Made by a program: the position numbers and the translations under genes
Shown: in pieces, positions 1-14,764 of the stretch
Position numbering within the stretch: position 1 is the first letter of the stretch
Layout of the letters: each line of letters opens with the position of its first letter
Notes under the pieces: generated by a model
Seen by the model: only the letters and a program-made list of their open reading frames with translations
What the model was told of the DNA's origin: nothing
Databases searched by the model: none
Assembly (NCBI GenBank): GCA_012295275.1
Contig: CM022677.1
Span: forward strand, 11,098,001-11,162,000
Reading direction: 5' to 3'
Source: Chrysomallon squamiferum
Lineage: Eukaryota > Animalia > Mollusca
DNA: 64,000 bases

Positions 1-165
1 AGGTCAACTGTCACAAAATACCAAGTACCCATTAGCAACACAACAAAACATAGATTTCACAAAACAGAGTGGCAGTTCACCAGTACTCCAGAACTAAATA
101 AATAAAACTCTACTCAGTAAGTATTCACTTAATTCATTTTGTTAAATTAATAGTGATGGATAGAC

Positions 166-225
166 TGGCTCAGTGGTTAGAGAGCATGGTCAACGTCTTT
201 TGGGTTCAAGGATTAGTCCTGCATG
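166..225 (+). mobile_element. possible tRNA-derived SINE head relic
   Basis: A-box-like TGGCTCAGTGG at 166-176 and B-box-like GGTTCAAG at 203-210 with Pol III spacing. No complete cloverleaf. Confidence 0.3.
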
Positions 226-466
226 GAGGACTAATAAGGTTCTTTAACAATCTAGCTGATGATCTATGCCTGATATATCTAAGATTATATGTTTTCTGAG
301 CAAAGAGGTACATTAGAAAAAGATTTTTGGTTGCTTGTTTAAAAGGCAGAAACAGGGTTACTTTTTCATTATCTGTATAGTTAGTTACCTTTTAAGGTAT
401 TAAAAACTAGTAAAGAAAACATGCTGTGTATGTTCTTAAATAAAATATTTTTTTCTTTATTTTAGA

Positions 467-2160
467 GCTGGTGTATTTTAGCAGTGCAATTAGTGATCAG
501 CTTGAAGTAAGTGTTTATTAAATCAACAAATACAATGCTGCACTCTGTCAGACCAGTTGAGTTAATATTTAGTTAAGATGCTGTAAAGCTTCTGTTTACA
601 GTGTAAATATACTGTCCTAGTTATCAATATTTTTATTTAATTCTTGTAACACATCTTTCCTTTCCTAATACATTATCTTTCGTTGCTACTTAAGTTTCAT
701 CCTGAAGAACATCTCATCAGACTGATGAACATGCTGGATCCAAAAGGTGTTGTTGAAAATAACTTTTACAAGATTCTGGATCATAGCAATGCTAAATGGT
801 AATAACTTAATGAATAAAAAAACACACCAAAACATACACATATGCACATTTATTGTTATATTATAGAATAATGTATCTCAGATATTTTGAATTATTACAG
901 TATTACCTTTACAGAATTTACTATTATTTGAATAATGTGTTTATCTATCACTTATCATTGTTTATGTTAAAACAAATAATTATGTTAATTTCCGATTCCA
1001 AATCACAGTTATGCTGCCCAGTTCCATTGGAGAATGTGGATCATGATATTCAGTTAGTTTCAGAAGACCACTTTGAGTGTTTACAGGACACTGATATTGG
1101 TGAGTCATTTCTAAAATGTTATCTTCATAAAAAAATAATAATAATAAAAAATATTAAAATATCACTTTTTAGTAATATTGATTTTTTGGGGTATTTAGAA
1201 CTTTTAAATGTATTTTATTTATTTATTTTTTTACAGAAAACTAAGATGTCAAGTTTTCAGGAAAAGTATACATATTAGAATTATAATTATTTTTTCATTC
1301 TTGTTACTGTTTGTTTCTTTTACCACTGTTGGTTTTTGTTCCATAATTGTGATCTGCCACTATGAAATGAGTTGGATGTCACCTTGCCTAATTGTGTGTA
1401 ACAACCAAAATAAGCTCGTTGGGAGTAGGTTGAGATTTTAATTTACACTGATAGTTTATCCATTTATGTACATTTTGTGTTAAAACACATTTTGTTCTAT
1501 ATGCTTCAAAAATGCACTTAAAATGAGGTAATTCTTTGTTTTTTGTTAATTAAAACTGCATGAAAAAATCAATATTCAGCAAATGTTTTCACCCCGGTAT
1601 CAGTGGAAAGCTTGTTTTGCAGCTTTCTAAATATGCAGAGTTTGACTGGCTGAGTTTAAAATAGAAGATCAATGAATAAGAACAAAATAAGAATTGAACA
1701 GTAAACAAAGGATTACTAGGATGGAAATCCCCTTCACTCACTGGTCAAGAATATCATGTAATACTTCTGGCAAGTGAGGTAATTTCCAAGATGGCATTTA
1801 ACTGTATGCATGCTGAAATTTTAACTAAGGCTTTAAATTTTGCATGTAGAGCAAATATTTTGGACAATACTGATTCAGAAGATGTACAATCTTTTATCCA
1901 GGATTATTTTACTGATTCTTCTGTTATTGAAAGTGAAAAATGACACTGATACTGAATTAAATTTTGCTAGCTGTGGATCAAGTGCTTCTGAAGATAAAGT
2001 AGCGACAGACCTCTGATTGAAACAGAATTCATTTCAACACTTGAACCAGACATTAATCAGTCATGTGATGTGATTGCTGATAAAGAAAATGTAAAAGTTG
2101 TACAATTTGACTGAGATAAACGCTGGAACAGAGAATGAATATGGCAGAATTCAACAAAGG
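467..2160 (+). pseudogene. degraded upstream exons, probably the 5' part of the transposase gene
   Basis: AG/GT-bounded islands: about 467-506 (gaa|gtaagt), 1009-1099 (LCCPVPLENVDHDIQLVSEDHFECLQDTDI, |gtgagt) and an acidic stop-containing stretch about 1850-2159 (|gtaag). No recognisable domain. Confidence 0.35.
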
Positions 2161-2680
2161 TAAGAATGCATAGCATGTAATATTTATAGATAAAGGGACT
2201 ATCCTCAGTTTGTAGTCATTTTAATGTTTTCTAAAATTATTAAAATAACAGTTCATTTCAATTATTTTTTAACTTATAAGTTATATAATATAGTTAATAT
2301 TAATATCAATAGTAGCCGAGCATAGATATTTAACACTGAATACATTTTTGGTTAGCCTAATGCTTTGTATTAATTTTAGCCATAAAATAATTATGTATAT
2401 AATATCCACCTTTTCTTAAACCTCCAAAATTTACGAACTTTGAAACAATTTAGCAATATAAATTATGCTGCTTTACATATTAAAGTAAAATATTCTTTAA
2501 AAAGAAGAGGATGTTCATTGGATGGATGCAACGTAACCATTAGATTATATCACAATACTTTGCTTGCATAATTCTGTGTTACTGTGAACATAAAATATAT
2601 TATAAAAATGTTTTTTAAACAACAGGTCACTGACTAAATTTTAATATAATTTTAAAAATATTTTATTTTGTGTTTTACAG

Positions 2681-4738
2681 CTGAAAAATACATGATTCTA
2701 ATTGGAGTACTGTCAAGTACTATGAATACTGGAGAGATGACATGTTTAAAACTCTGCTGACAAACAGAATGTAAACTCCAGAGATGTTGTTACATCATAG
2801 ATTCTAAAACTGTAGAGAAACCTTCCAATTCATTGATGGGTAAGTGTGTTTTAATCCACTGATCATGAGTAGTTGTGTTCTGCTGGAATTTATACTAAAT
2901 TGCTAAATATTACTGTTTAGAATACATGATTAATTAAGAACTGAATGGTAAAATGGAAGTATTCTTTTAAGTTGTTATTTTACTCTTTTTTTTCAGTATA
3001 TATATATTGTATTTTTTTTATTGAGTAGGGGGTTCTAAATTTATTTCCCCACATTGTATTTTTAGATTAGATATACCAAAGATATTTGATTAGTATACCA
3101 ATCATTATATACTAACAGAATAAACTAACAGCATTGCTGAAGCACTACGTCAGCATGGAGTAACTCCAAGACAGAAAAAAATGCGGTGGGAGAAAATTTA
3201 ATTCAGTGTACTTAGTTCTGATGATACAGAGAGGTTGTCCAGTTTCTGCAGCATTTTGTGGAGGACCATGCACTCAGCTTACCTGGCTGAGTTCAGGACT
3301 CAAGAGAAGTGATGTCAACATACTCCACACATCTGAGATGAAGGCTTCACTTTGAGTCATTACAGACAACTTGCTATTGCATGAGCTAAGTTGATTGTGA
3401 CTTCACACACAAGATTCTTCACCAGCACGTGCACAACCAAATAAATTATAAATATTGATAAAGCTACTTTTTCTTTCTAACTGTTGATTAATATTTGTTC
3501 CCCTCCTTGGTCCTTAGAACATTATTTTTATTATGCAAAATATGACCATACTGCCACTGTGTCATGTTTTAATGAATTCGTTTTATTTTTAACATAATTA
3601 TTTGAATGAATAGATTGGTATATTTGTGGGTTTTATGTATACCTGTCTAAGGATGTATAGATATTTTGTTTTATGTATTTAATATGTATACATGTTTGTT
3701 GTAAAGCAAACACCCCCTACCTTTACTTCACTTCTGTATCTGGAGATAAATTAAAACAAACATTAAATTATACTTTATAGGAAAGGTGCTTAAAACAGTA
3801 CACTAATTCAAATAACCATGCATACATTTATATTTTTACTTAGTTTTTAAGTTTTAAAGTTATTGATATTGTTACTGTTGATATGGAAGATTATTAATTA
3901 AATTATTCAGAAATTGTTACTTGAAATAATTATAACAATTTGCAGTGATTGTTTTAATACTTATTTATTTTTATGTCTTTTCTTTTTTAGGTCATCGTGT
4001 TATAGGGAAATCCTCCTTTATTAATCTATCGAAGCTGCATGTTTCCTTCATAGTTCTTGGTTGCCCTAGGACAGCAGATCTGTGCTGGCAGTGCAAACAA
4101 AACAGTGAGATGATACACTGAACTGCCAATTTTCCAGAAGATGAGAAAATGCGAGTGCTTGTGAACAACTAGATCATCTGTGTATTGTGGAATGTGAAAG
4201 GAAGTTTTTATAATAACATGGTGGCAGAGTCCAAAGTTACTGCTGCTGAAGCTAATGTTACCAGTGTAGGCCCTCACCAACCTAACTCTTTGCCTTGGTA
4301 CAATTCATTATTCTTTCAACTTTGCCCAACAAGTCCACATACCAAGTATCCACTCCAGCCTGGACCACTGTATTTCCTTGTACCTAGAAAATGCAGCACA
4401 ACAAAGGTAGTCAACCAAATTGTATGTTCTGAAACCGGAGATGTGCATGTGACAGTATATGACTGGCAGGTGTACTTTGATGGGTGGTTTCGTCCTCTTA
4501 AAGGAATGAAGTCAATTCAGAATTTCAGTTTTTGCAGTGATAAACCAGGCATTGTATGTATAAGCAAAAGCTTGATGAGACTGAGATTATTTTTAGAGCA
4601 GAGACAGTGAAGGCACAACTAAGAGGATTTCCAGAACCTATACCCCCTCCTGGGATTCCAGCTGGCTGACAGGAATACCTTCACCACAGCATTCAACATT
4701 TTGTTAGACAAGACATGCGGGATCTCGTCTGCCCATAG
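2681..4738 (+). mobile_element. decayed intron-containing DNA transposase (DUF7869 / Sola-type DDE family)
   Basis: Motifs in the expected order across frames. Exon 2681-2839: CRETFQFIDG. About 3119-3345: KLTALLKHY..HGVTPRQKK..GG, EDHALSLPG*V, RSDVNILHTSEMK. After acceptor at 3990: GHRVIGKSSFINL..CPRTADLCWQCKQNS, IHYSFNFAQQVHIPS, PLQPGPLYFLVPRKC, VYDWQVYFDGWFRPLKGMKSIQNFSF, PPPGIPAG*QEYLHHSIQHFVRQDMRDLVCP*. Several stops and frameshifts. Confidence 0.8.
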
Positions 4739-5473
4739 AATGTTTTATTTTTTTGCAGATACATTAACACTAACTTTAAACTGTTGGTAAAAATATTTAT
4801 TTCAAATTACACCTTTGGGTGTTTTCATGTCACAGTTGTAATAGTTTATCACATGTGACAATTCTACATTTTGTATATAAATAACATTCCATTATTACTA
4901 ATTGATTTATGTCTCTCTCAATAATTCAAGCTTTCATAGAGGGAATATAATAATTATTGATGTTTACAACATAAATATGTACAGAATTTTCCAGGCATTT
5001 TATCCATGCTTTCAAGTATTTTCAGAGCAGATTTCTATCAAATTATGAACAGATTATTTGCTGTAAAAACCTACTTACTAATGACTAGATTTCTTTTTCA
5101 TTTTTTTCTTCTTATTATTAATGTTTACATAATAATAGACTACAATTGGATTTTGAATTGTTATTATTATTTCTTGAGGTGAAAATTAATATGAGAATGT
5201 ATCAAAGTGTGTGCGTCTATTTCAGTGTATTGTATGAAAGCATGTACAGTAATTAAATATGAGAAACATTCTCTTTTTAAATTGGTTACCCATTGTCATC
5301 CACACATACATACATGCTATCCTTAAAATAAAATAGTTTGTTTTTTTGTTCTAATATAAAGGAAGTAGCATATCTTTGTTATTCAAGGTTTTATCAGAGA
5401 AATTTAATTATAACAATTTTAAAAAAGAAATTGAAATGCAAGGAATGTGTTTAATTGGTATCAGTGGGTGCAG

Positions 5474-5650
5474 CATGGTGTGATCTGTTCAAAGCTTGGT
5501 GTGATCTGTTCAAAGCTTGGTGTGATCTGTTCAAAGCATGGTGTGATCTGTACAAAGCTTGGTGTGATCTGTTCAAAGCATGGTGTGATCTGTTCAAAGC
5601 ATGGTGTGATCTGTTCAAAGCATGATGTGATCTGTTCAAAGCTTGGTGTG
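5474..5650. repeat. 21-bp minisatellite, about 8 copies
   Basis: Unit (C)ATGGTGTGATCTGTTCAAAG with AAGCAT/AAGCTT variants. It creates the spurious repeat ORFs 5447..5686 and 5451..5657. Confidence 0.95.
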
Positions 5651-6619
5651 GCTCCATTCTTTAACTGCCTAGGAAAATTTCTATAATTAGTAACAGTGAT
5701 CTAGTTGGGCCCTTTTAGTTGTTTGTCCTTTTGTTTGTTGATGCACTAAAAAGGTGCAATTTTACTTATTTTAAATAACATATTGTGCTAAAAGTAAAAC
5801 AGATATTGCCTTCAAACACAGTAGAATTCTTTAGTGAACTAAGTTTGATAAGCAGGCTGAATTTCATGAACATACAGTAATGGTTGCTAAGGAAAATGTT
5901 ACAAAGAACTTTGTGGTCCTTTGAGCTTCCAGAAAAGAAAACTTAGTGAAGTATGTTTATTTCATTGTGTAAATGGTGAATGTTTAGTAAATGGAGTTTA
6001 TTTTTTTATAAATAATGGATAGCTAGAAAATATCAACATTGTTTTTCTTTTAAAAAACAAAAACAAACAAAAAAGAAGCCCTGAGGAGGATTAGAAAAGG
6101 ATATAGTATATGTACTATGATGTTTTCATTGATCAGTAACATATTTTGTTTTGTCTTTCCACCTTTATCATTTTTATTCCATTTTTTAAATTTTACTTTA
6201 ATGTATTTTATTTGTTTTTAACTGGCATAAATTTATAATTAGTGTTAGTTATCCTTATCTAGTATATAGAGTAATTAGTTGTAATGCTATCCTTCTTTCC
6301 TACACTTGCTCTTTCTAGACAAGATGCAGAAGTGAAATAGTTCTGACATAGATGTTGGGTGGATAAGGATGTACCACCCTGCAACATTCTGCTTCTCTGG
6401 TAAAACTGTTAAATTAATGATTTGTTTTTTTTCTTAACATATAATAAAAAGCGAATAATAAAAAGATGAGGAGAGTTGAGTGATATGCATCTTCAGAATG
6501 ATCAGGGGTGGACTGATGATTAAAATAGGAGTACACACTGTTTTTATCATTGTTGTGTGCATGGTTATTCTGATAATGTGATAGTGCATAGAGGTGTTCA
6601 TTTTTTTAGTCATCTAATT

Positions 6620-6850
6620 TTTATATTATTTAAATCAGGGGAAAATCCCTGATTTGCTGGGGTAGTCAATGTAAATAAATTTAAAACTTTGTAATTAGGG
6701 GTAATTCGAATTTTTTATAAAAAAGAAAGAAAAAAGAACAACATTTTTTTCTTTATATTATTTAAATCAGTGCAAAATGAAGGGTTTGTGGGATAATCAA
6801 TGTAAATCTATTTAAAATGATGTAATTAGGGGTAGTTTGAATTTTTATAT
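6620..6850. repeat. diverged ~100-bp direct duplication
   Basis: TTATATTATTTAAATCAG...AATGTAAAT...TGTAATTAGGGGTA occurs at about 6620 and about 6753. Confidence 0.7.
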
Positions 6851-7604
6851 ACTTTTTTTTAAAAAATCATTTTCCTTCTTCTCATTTTCCTTCTTTTTTT
6901 CATTTTTTAATTGTTGATTTTAATTTATTTTTATTTAGATTTTGCTTTACTTTACTTATTTATAATGTTGTTGTTGTTATTATTATTATTATTATTATTA
7001 TTGTCATAATTATTACTTTTTAGTTTATCCATTTATTTATTTTAATCTTTATTGTTATTTTCATTTTCTTGTTCTTATCAAACCAAATTAAAATCATCAT
7101 TGGTATTGATGTTTCAGAAATGAATTTAAAGAACCTTTTTTATGAAAAATGAATTGAGAGAAATATTTTTAAAATTTCTTATCTTTTAATTACATGTAGT
7201 AATTATTAAAGTTATTAATAGCTGTGCTTTGTCATTTTTTAAATATCTCGTTTCAAACTTTATGTAAAAAAATAAATAAATAAAAAATAGATGATCTGAA
7301 AATGATCTATGAAGAGATCTGTGTTTCCTTTCATGAACTTTTTTCTACAGTACAGTTCAGTTCAGTTATTAATGGAATCAGATTTAAAATATTTTATCAC
7401 ATGTCTCTTTAAAAACACATTTCCTACTTCCATCATAATACGTGTTTAATGCAAAAGCAAAAACATGATACTATATATATGTTGTTAAATATAAAATTAA
7501 TTCCTTCTTTTTCTTATTAACATTTATTACGTAAGTAAGTAAGTGCTATTATAATGCTGTTTTGTTATCGTGGCTGTTATACTACTTTATTATTGTTGTT
7601 GTTA

Positions 7605-7640
<36 letters not shown>

Positions 7641-7921
7641 TATTTTCATCATTATCATTATTATACACATTAATTATATTACACAGAGACAGGTAAGTGA
7701 ATACTGAGGTAGCTGTACAGACAGACAGAAACAATATAAAATAGTTTTAAAAGTTAAATGAAATAATGACAGAAGAATTTTATTTTAATCATATAAAAAT
7801 GTTATTGGAGTTTTGTTTGGGACTATGTACAAGTATATTTTAAATATCACAACATTCACTGAAATAATTACTTCACAAAATAATAGAATAGTTTAGGTAT
7901 GTGTGTGTGTGTGTGTGTATC

Positions 7922-7961
<40 letters not shown>

Positions 7962-8080
7962 TAAAGCAGGTATATACATAGAAGCATTATATAGATAGAC
8001 AGACAGCCGGATAGATTGATACATTGATACTCAGAGAGCTGAGACAAAGTAAGGCACACATACACACAGAGAGAGAGAGA

Positions 8081-8127
<47 letters not shown>

Positions 8128-8819
8128 TAACTGCAGCAGACACATGTAGATACAGAGGTGAATACACTGATGGATAGATAAACAGACAATGAGATGTGTA
8201 GAGGATGGTGTGCTTTGTTATGTTGAGACGGAAAGGTTGATAGAAACGTGTACAAATGTAGACAGGCAGGTTTATAGAAAGAGATTTTTATTGGACTTTG
8301 AAACCTGATTTAAATATGTATTTAAAAATGACAGTAAATTTAGGAATAAATGATGCTGCATGGATACTGAAATATTTTTAATATTTTGATATACAGAATT
8401 GCGAAAAGAAAATACGTTGAAAGACTGAGTATATTGAAATATCTTTAGTATTCTTAGCTTATAGGAATTATTTTACTATTAATATGTCATTGATAATCCA
8501 AACAAATAGTTTTCTGTCCACTGCTCTATCCCTATGTTCATTCATAATAATGTTATCTCCAGAATGTCCTTATTGTGTCTCTCTACCAATGAATTTACTT
8601 GCCTGCCAGTATGTCTGTCTATCTGTCTATCTATCAATCTATCTATAAAACACGCATATACCAACATAAGCACTCTAATCCACTTACTCATTACAAAATC
8701 AAACCCTCTCTCTCTAACACATGAACTTACTAACACTTTATTACTCGTATGCCTATCAGCTTAGCTCTCTAGATATCTCTGTATCTGTCTGTATGTCTGT
8801 TATCTTATGTCTTCCTTTC

Positions 8820-9860
8820 TGTCAGTCTATCTCACTAATTATATACCCTTCTCATTATACACATCTCTCTGTATGTCTGGCTCTGTGTCTGTCAGTCTAT
8901 CTCACTAATTATAAAACCTTCTCATTATACACATCTCTCTGTATGTCTGGCTCTGTGTCTGTCAGTCTATCTCACTAATTATATACCCTTCTCATTATAC
9001 ACATCTCTCTGTATGTCTGGCTCTGTGTCTGTCAGTCTATCTCACTAATTATATAACCTTCTCATTATACACATCTCTCTGTATGTCTGGCTCTGTGTCT
9101 GTAAGTCTATCTCACTAATTATATAACCTTCTCATTATACACATCTCTCTGTATGTCTGACTGTGTGTCTGTCAGTCTATCTCACTAATTATATAACCTT
9201 CTCATTATACACATCTCTCTGTATGTCTGTGTCTGTTAGTCTATCTCACTAATTATATAACCTTCTCATTATACACATCTCTCTGTATGTCTGTATCTGT
9301 GTCTGTCAGTCTATCTCACTAATTATATACACTTCTCATTAAACGCATCTCTCTGTATGTCTGGCTCTGTGTCTGTCTGTCTATCTCACTAATTATATAC
9401 CCTTCTCATTATACACATCTCTCTGTATGTCTGACTCTGTGACTGTCAGTCTATCTCACTAATTATATACTCTTCTCATTATACACATCTCTCTGTATGT
9501 CTGACTCTGTGTCTGTCAGTCTATCTCACTAATTATATACTCTTCTCATTATACGCATCTCTCTGTATGTCTGACTCTGTGTCTGTCAGTCTATCTCACT
9601 AATTATATACTCTTTTCATTATACACATCTCTGTATGTCTGGCTCTGTGTCTGTCTGTCTATCTCACTAATTATATACTCTTCTCATTATACGCATCTCT
9701 CTGTATGTCTGACTCTGTGTCTGTCAGTCTATCTCACTAATTATATACACTTCTCATTATACACATCTCTGTATGTCTGACTCTGTGTCTCTGTCAGTCT
9801 GTCTCACTAATTATATACCCTTCTCATTATACGCATCTCTCTGTATGTTGGCTCTGTGTC
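8820..9860. repeat. 70-bp minisatellite, about 15 copies
   Basis: Unit GTCAGTCTATCTCACTAATTATATACCCTTCTCATTATACACATCTCTCTGTATGTCTGGCTCTGTGTCT starts at 8821, 8891, 8961, 9031, 9101, 9171 and onward. Confidence 0.97.
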
Positions 9861-10834
9861 TACCAAACTTCCTGTCTATTTTTTCATCTATATCTCCCTC
9901 AGAAATACATACACACTCTTGCACACATATTATACATATACATCCATTTTCTCTCAATAATAAGAAAACACATATTCACACACATACATACATACATATC
10001 TAACACACTTAGCTAGATTAATGTGACAGTGTAGGAGGGAGACAGGCAAATACAGATGTCAAGGAAGGATAAAGTTGTCTTTGTCCTCCCAGTATTGGTC
10101 TATTTTGTTGACAATATTTTATTAAAAAAAAATTATCATTCACTTTAGCGTGAACACTGTCAGCATACTAACAGAGAGTAACATTTTGATGGATTGTTCT
10201 CATTTACAATCATTTAAACATCAGCTTTTTCAAATTATGGGCTTATCTTGATTCACTTATCCTATACACATAATGCACTGCTTCTAAGTTAGTTCCCAGT
10301 AGTCATGAATTTCACTCAACATGCACTGGTGTTTATGGTCATTTTATTTTAAAGAGTAATTACTGCTATTTAGAGGTTGTTTAAAAAAAAAGTACAAATA
10401 ATGAGAGGGAAACAGGGAGTAAAATACTGATTTGTCTTCACAAACATCACACAAAAGCTCGCTCTCTCTCTCTCTCTGCAGAAAATACAGATACCTATGT
10501 CCATTGGCTTTTTTCACAAATGTTGTCACCCTGTGATTGAAACAGTCTCTCATCCAGTCTGATTATTTAAATAAACAAGTGTTTAGCAGGTTGATAATAA
10601 CTACCCTGATATAGACACAAAATACACAAATTGTTGAATATGTACTATTACTGTAAAACACATTCACATACATGCACGCTTGCAGACAAACATACACTAA
10701 CACTCATATACATCCATGTTTTAGAATAGTCATGTATATTCATATATACCCACACACCAGCAATAACATGTATACATAATAATATTCAAACACAAACACA
10801 TACACGTACACACAAGCTTTCGGGCACACACTCA

Positions 10835-10877
<43 letters not shown>

Positions 10878-11761
10878 CACACACTCCTAGTCAAAGTATG
10901 TCATTACATAATAATAATGATAATGATAATAATCAGAGTAATAGTAATAATAATAATGGCAGTAGCAGTAATAAAAACAATAATAATAGTATTAACAGTA
11001 ATAATAATTGCAATAGTAGTAATAATAATAATAATAATAATAATCAGAAAAGTACATTGAATCCATTTGCTTTTCTTTTTTCTTTTCATTAAAATGAAAT
11101 TCAAACTAACAAGTAAAGAGGTGTGCACACACACACTCACACATACATACTCACACACATACATACTCACACCAACACATACATACACACACACATGCGG
11201 ACCTGCACACACATACACATTCACCTGACCACAAACACTTAGATATTTTTAATTTATGTTGTTATTTAACAAAAAAATTAATTAACATTTGCTACGATAT
11301 GGAATGAAACATCAGATAATGTGAATTTGTTTCTTCGTTAATGTGTAAGCATAAAGAAAAATAAAATAAAAAAATGAAATTAATTTAAATATATTACAGA
11401 TCTTTGCAACCTCCCAAAAAAACAGTTTGGTTACAGGAGAGACACAAGATATTTGCTATCATTCCAGGAAGAGCCTCTATGGAACTTTAATCCATAATGT
11501 ATTAAAGAATTTGTATTACATTTTAGAATGAGAATTATTATTTTTCTCCCTTTTAATACAACAAAAGACAAATATTTAATAATAACATAAATGTCGTATA
11601 AAGTGGTATAAAGAGGAATCAATGTAAACGTAGGTATAGTCCAAGAACACTATATTTCAAATTGTATACTATATCATATTAATATGTGATTAATAATTTA
11701 AAAAATAAACAAAATATTTACAGTGACTCTATAAGAAAACAGGACGCTGTTGGGTAATGCC

Positions 11762-12097
11762 ATTTTAGACAGACTGCAGACTTACAAAGATTAAAAAAAC
11801 TGGAATTTTTTTTATTACAAATGACTGATTGCAGAGCTATAAAGATTAAAATAATATTAAATTGGAATATTTTTTTTAATTATACATTTTTCAGTTAAAG
11901 TTTTCAGATTTATAAACATTAAAATAACATAAAATAGGAATATTTTTTTATTATAAATTTACACATATTGCAGTTTTATAAAGATTAAAATAAACTGGAA
12001 TATTTTTTTTAATTACAAATGTTAAGGTTTTAGACATTTCAGATTTATAAAAATTAAAATAATATAAAATTGGAATATTTTTTATTACAAATGTTAC
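11762..12097. repeat. degenerate ~60-75-bp tandem repeat, about 5 copies
   Basis: Recurring CAGATTTATAAAGATTAAAATAA..AAATTGGAATATTTTTTT(A)ATTACAAATG. A related unit occurs at about 60415-60480. Confidence 0.7.
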
Positions 12098-13068
12098 AGT
12101 TAAGGGCCTATCAAGTGTTAGCAGAGAAGTAGTATGCACTGATAATGATAATAATAATAATAATAATACTTTTATTTTTGATATACAGGAAATTGCCCTG
12201 ACCTGCAACTATGTTTCTGAATTACTATAACTTTTCTTAGAATTCCAAATTTTCCCAATTAGTTCCAAAACAGAAAATTGAAACAGATTTCCAATGAGAA
12301 AAATATATATATAAATTTTGAAATTTAAAAAATTAAATAAATCATAAAATAGAAATAAAAGATAATAATTACGGTATATTTCTTGAACTTTTCTGAGTGG
12401 TTCGAACAATTAGGAACAAAATGTGACTGGCATTTTACAAACAGTTACATAGTAAACATTTTTTTTATAATTTGTATTATTTCAAAAATATTTAAATAAT
12501 TTCATCTCATTGTTATTGCATTAAAAAGTATAACAAAAACGTTTATCATTAAGTTCCATTCAAAAAAAACAAAAAAACAAACAACCAACCAAAGATAAAG
12601 AAAAAGAAAGAAGACACGACTGAAATAGTTTACTTTTCATATCTAAAAAGAAAATACTTGCATACAGTGAGGATAATTATATGAAAAACAAAGTTATTTT
12701 CAATGAGACAACATTTTCATGTATATTTTCAAATGTCTATCAAAAAATACCTTATCGCATTGCTATTTAAAAATAAAGCAAATGAAAAGGTCAAATAATT
12801 TAAAATGTGTGTGTGTGTGTTTTAAAACACTGTTTATACAATATTACATCACTGTATTCAAATAGGAGCACAGATGAATACATTTTTCATGTTAATTCAG
12901 CTGGGGTGATAATATTTGCAGACATCAGTTAATTTGTGATGCAAATTATTTATCTGGAAACTGAAAAACTTAAAGCACATAATGTATCTGGAGACATGAT
13001 TATATAATTGTTAATGTTACCGTATTTCAGTGCACAAGTCATCCATAAATAATAACTAAATAAATAAC

Positions 13069-13100
<32 letters not shown>

Positions 13101-13673
13101 AAGAATAATAAGAATAATAAGTAAATAAATAAATAAATAAAACTAGAATAAATAATATTAATTTTATAAAGAAATAATAATAATAATAATAATATTTTTT
13201 AAAACAGAATAATATTAGATCCAGATATCAAATCTATGGCAAGGCTTTTTGAAAGTGTTGATAATGATATATTAAGGTAACAAAAAATTAAAACATTTAA
13301 TATAACTGATACTGGTTTTCAAATTATTAGAATGATGTGTCAGAATCAGAAGAAGAAGAGTTTATGACTAGATAATTTAACAGAAGATCAAAAAGTGTAA
13401 GTGAACAACTCTGAACTCTTTTGTTTGTGATTGTAAGAAAGTAATTTCAAAAATAATGAAAGAAATCGAATTTCAAACTGAAATTTGTTTAAAAAACAAA
13501 AATTAAAATTAACAAAATTAAAGTTTTTCTCTTACAGAAAAATAAACAATGTCAGAACTTCTGTAGATAATCAGATATATATCTTGAAACAAAAGGCCTT
13601 TACCTGTTATTTATTATTACATAGTTTTATAGTTTCAATTTATATAAACAACACTTTGTAATAATAATCATAT

Positions 13674-13713
<40 letters not shown>

Positions 13714-14764
13714 GTAAAAATATACTTGCTTTGTGCCTACCCAGGAAATTGCTCTGACCTCAAAATATGAATAAAAAATATAAACTACGAAATTTAAGAA
13801 AAAAAAAAAAAAGAAAGAAAAGAATTAGTTATATGGATTCTCTGAACAGCATATTGATTGAGAGAACATGCAGGAATCATCTCCTTTAGTAAAGATGAAC
13901 ATGAATTAAAACTGGATACAACTCAAATCTGTCTTGTTGACTTATGTCTTCAACAAAGTGTGATCTTCTAAAAAGGATAAAAGAAAAAAGAAAAATATTT
14001 TTAATATGAAATTCAGTGAATGTATTGTAATATTTTATGCAAATATTCTGTTTTCCTCTCATACACAGTTCCATACAAATATAAGGAAGACATTTATCAA
14101 TTTACCTAAATCTTATGTAAAGCTCTGCGAAAGGTCGACTCATTTTTGTAATCTTATTTGCCTTCCTTGAAAGGATTTCCCCGATTATTTTCGAAAGCAA
14201 CAAATATATTCAGCTTCTTCTTCATATTCATTTCTTAACGTGAACAATTATGAATTGACAGACAGGTTTATAGTTTCTTTTACAGTCTGTTGTATTTCAT
14301 ACATATAAATTAATTAGCAATTACTTAAATTGGGAAATTGATAATTAAACTGTAAGGTACATTTGAGCTAAATAGTGCAGTTAATTAACATTTGATAATT
14401 TCAGAAACATGCTAAAAATACTGTAGGGATTTAGAAATCATTTTGATATAAAACACATATATACTTATCATGTTTGAGTTATATAATTTAAAGGATAATT
14501 ATAGTTTAGAAAATACTGTCACATATCTGCAAAATATAATGATATAATAATTTAAATGAAAAGCAAAATATAACTGATTACCATGTTGACTGATCAATAA
14601 AAATTCAGCTAAATTACTCGGAAAAAAAACAAGAAAAAAAAACTTGTCTTGTGAAAAAATTCTACATCGTATTGTTTGATAATTTATTTTCGATTGTCTG
14701 CCCTTCAAAACTATCCAAAACGCAGACGATAAAACATTTTACAAGATAAATTACAAACATATAT

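Noticed and set aside
5447-5686. Heptad-repeat ORFs (GVICSKL / HALNRSH)
   Set aside because: They are translations of the 21-bp minisatellite, open on both strands, with no splice or start context.
6634-6655. Hairpin containing a kB site (GGAAAATCCC); another kB match at about 14173
   Set aside because: Isolated 10-mers with no adjacent gene start, and not conserved in the neighbouring duplicate.
7868-11224. ORFs rich in CV/HT/N/I runs, also at 26209, 27358, 29495-29999, 33787, 36728 and 54311
   Set aside because: Microsatellite or N-gap translation artefacts.
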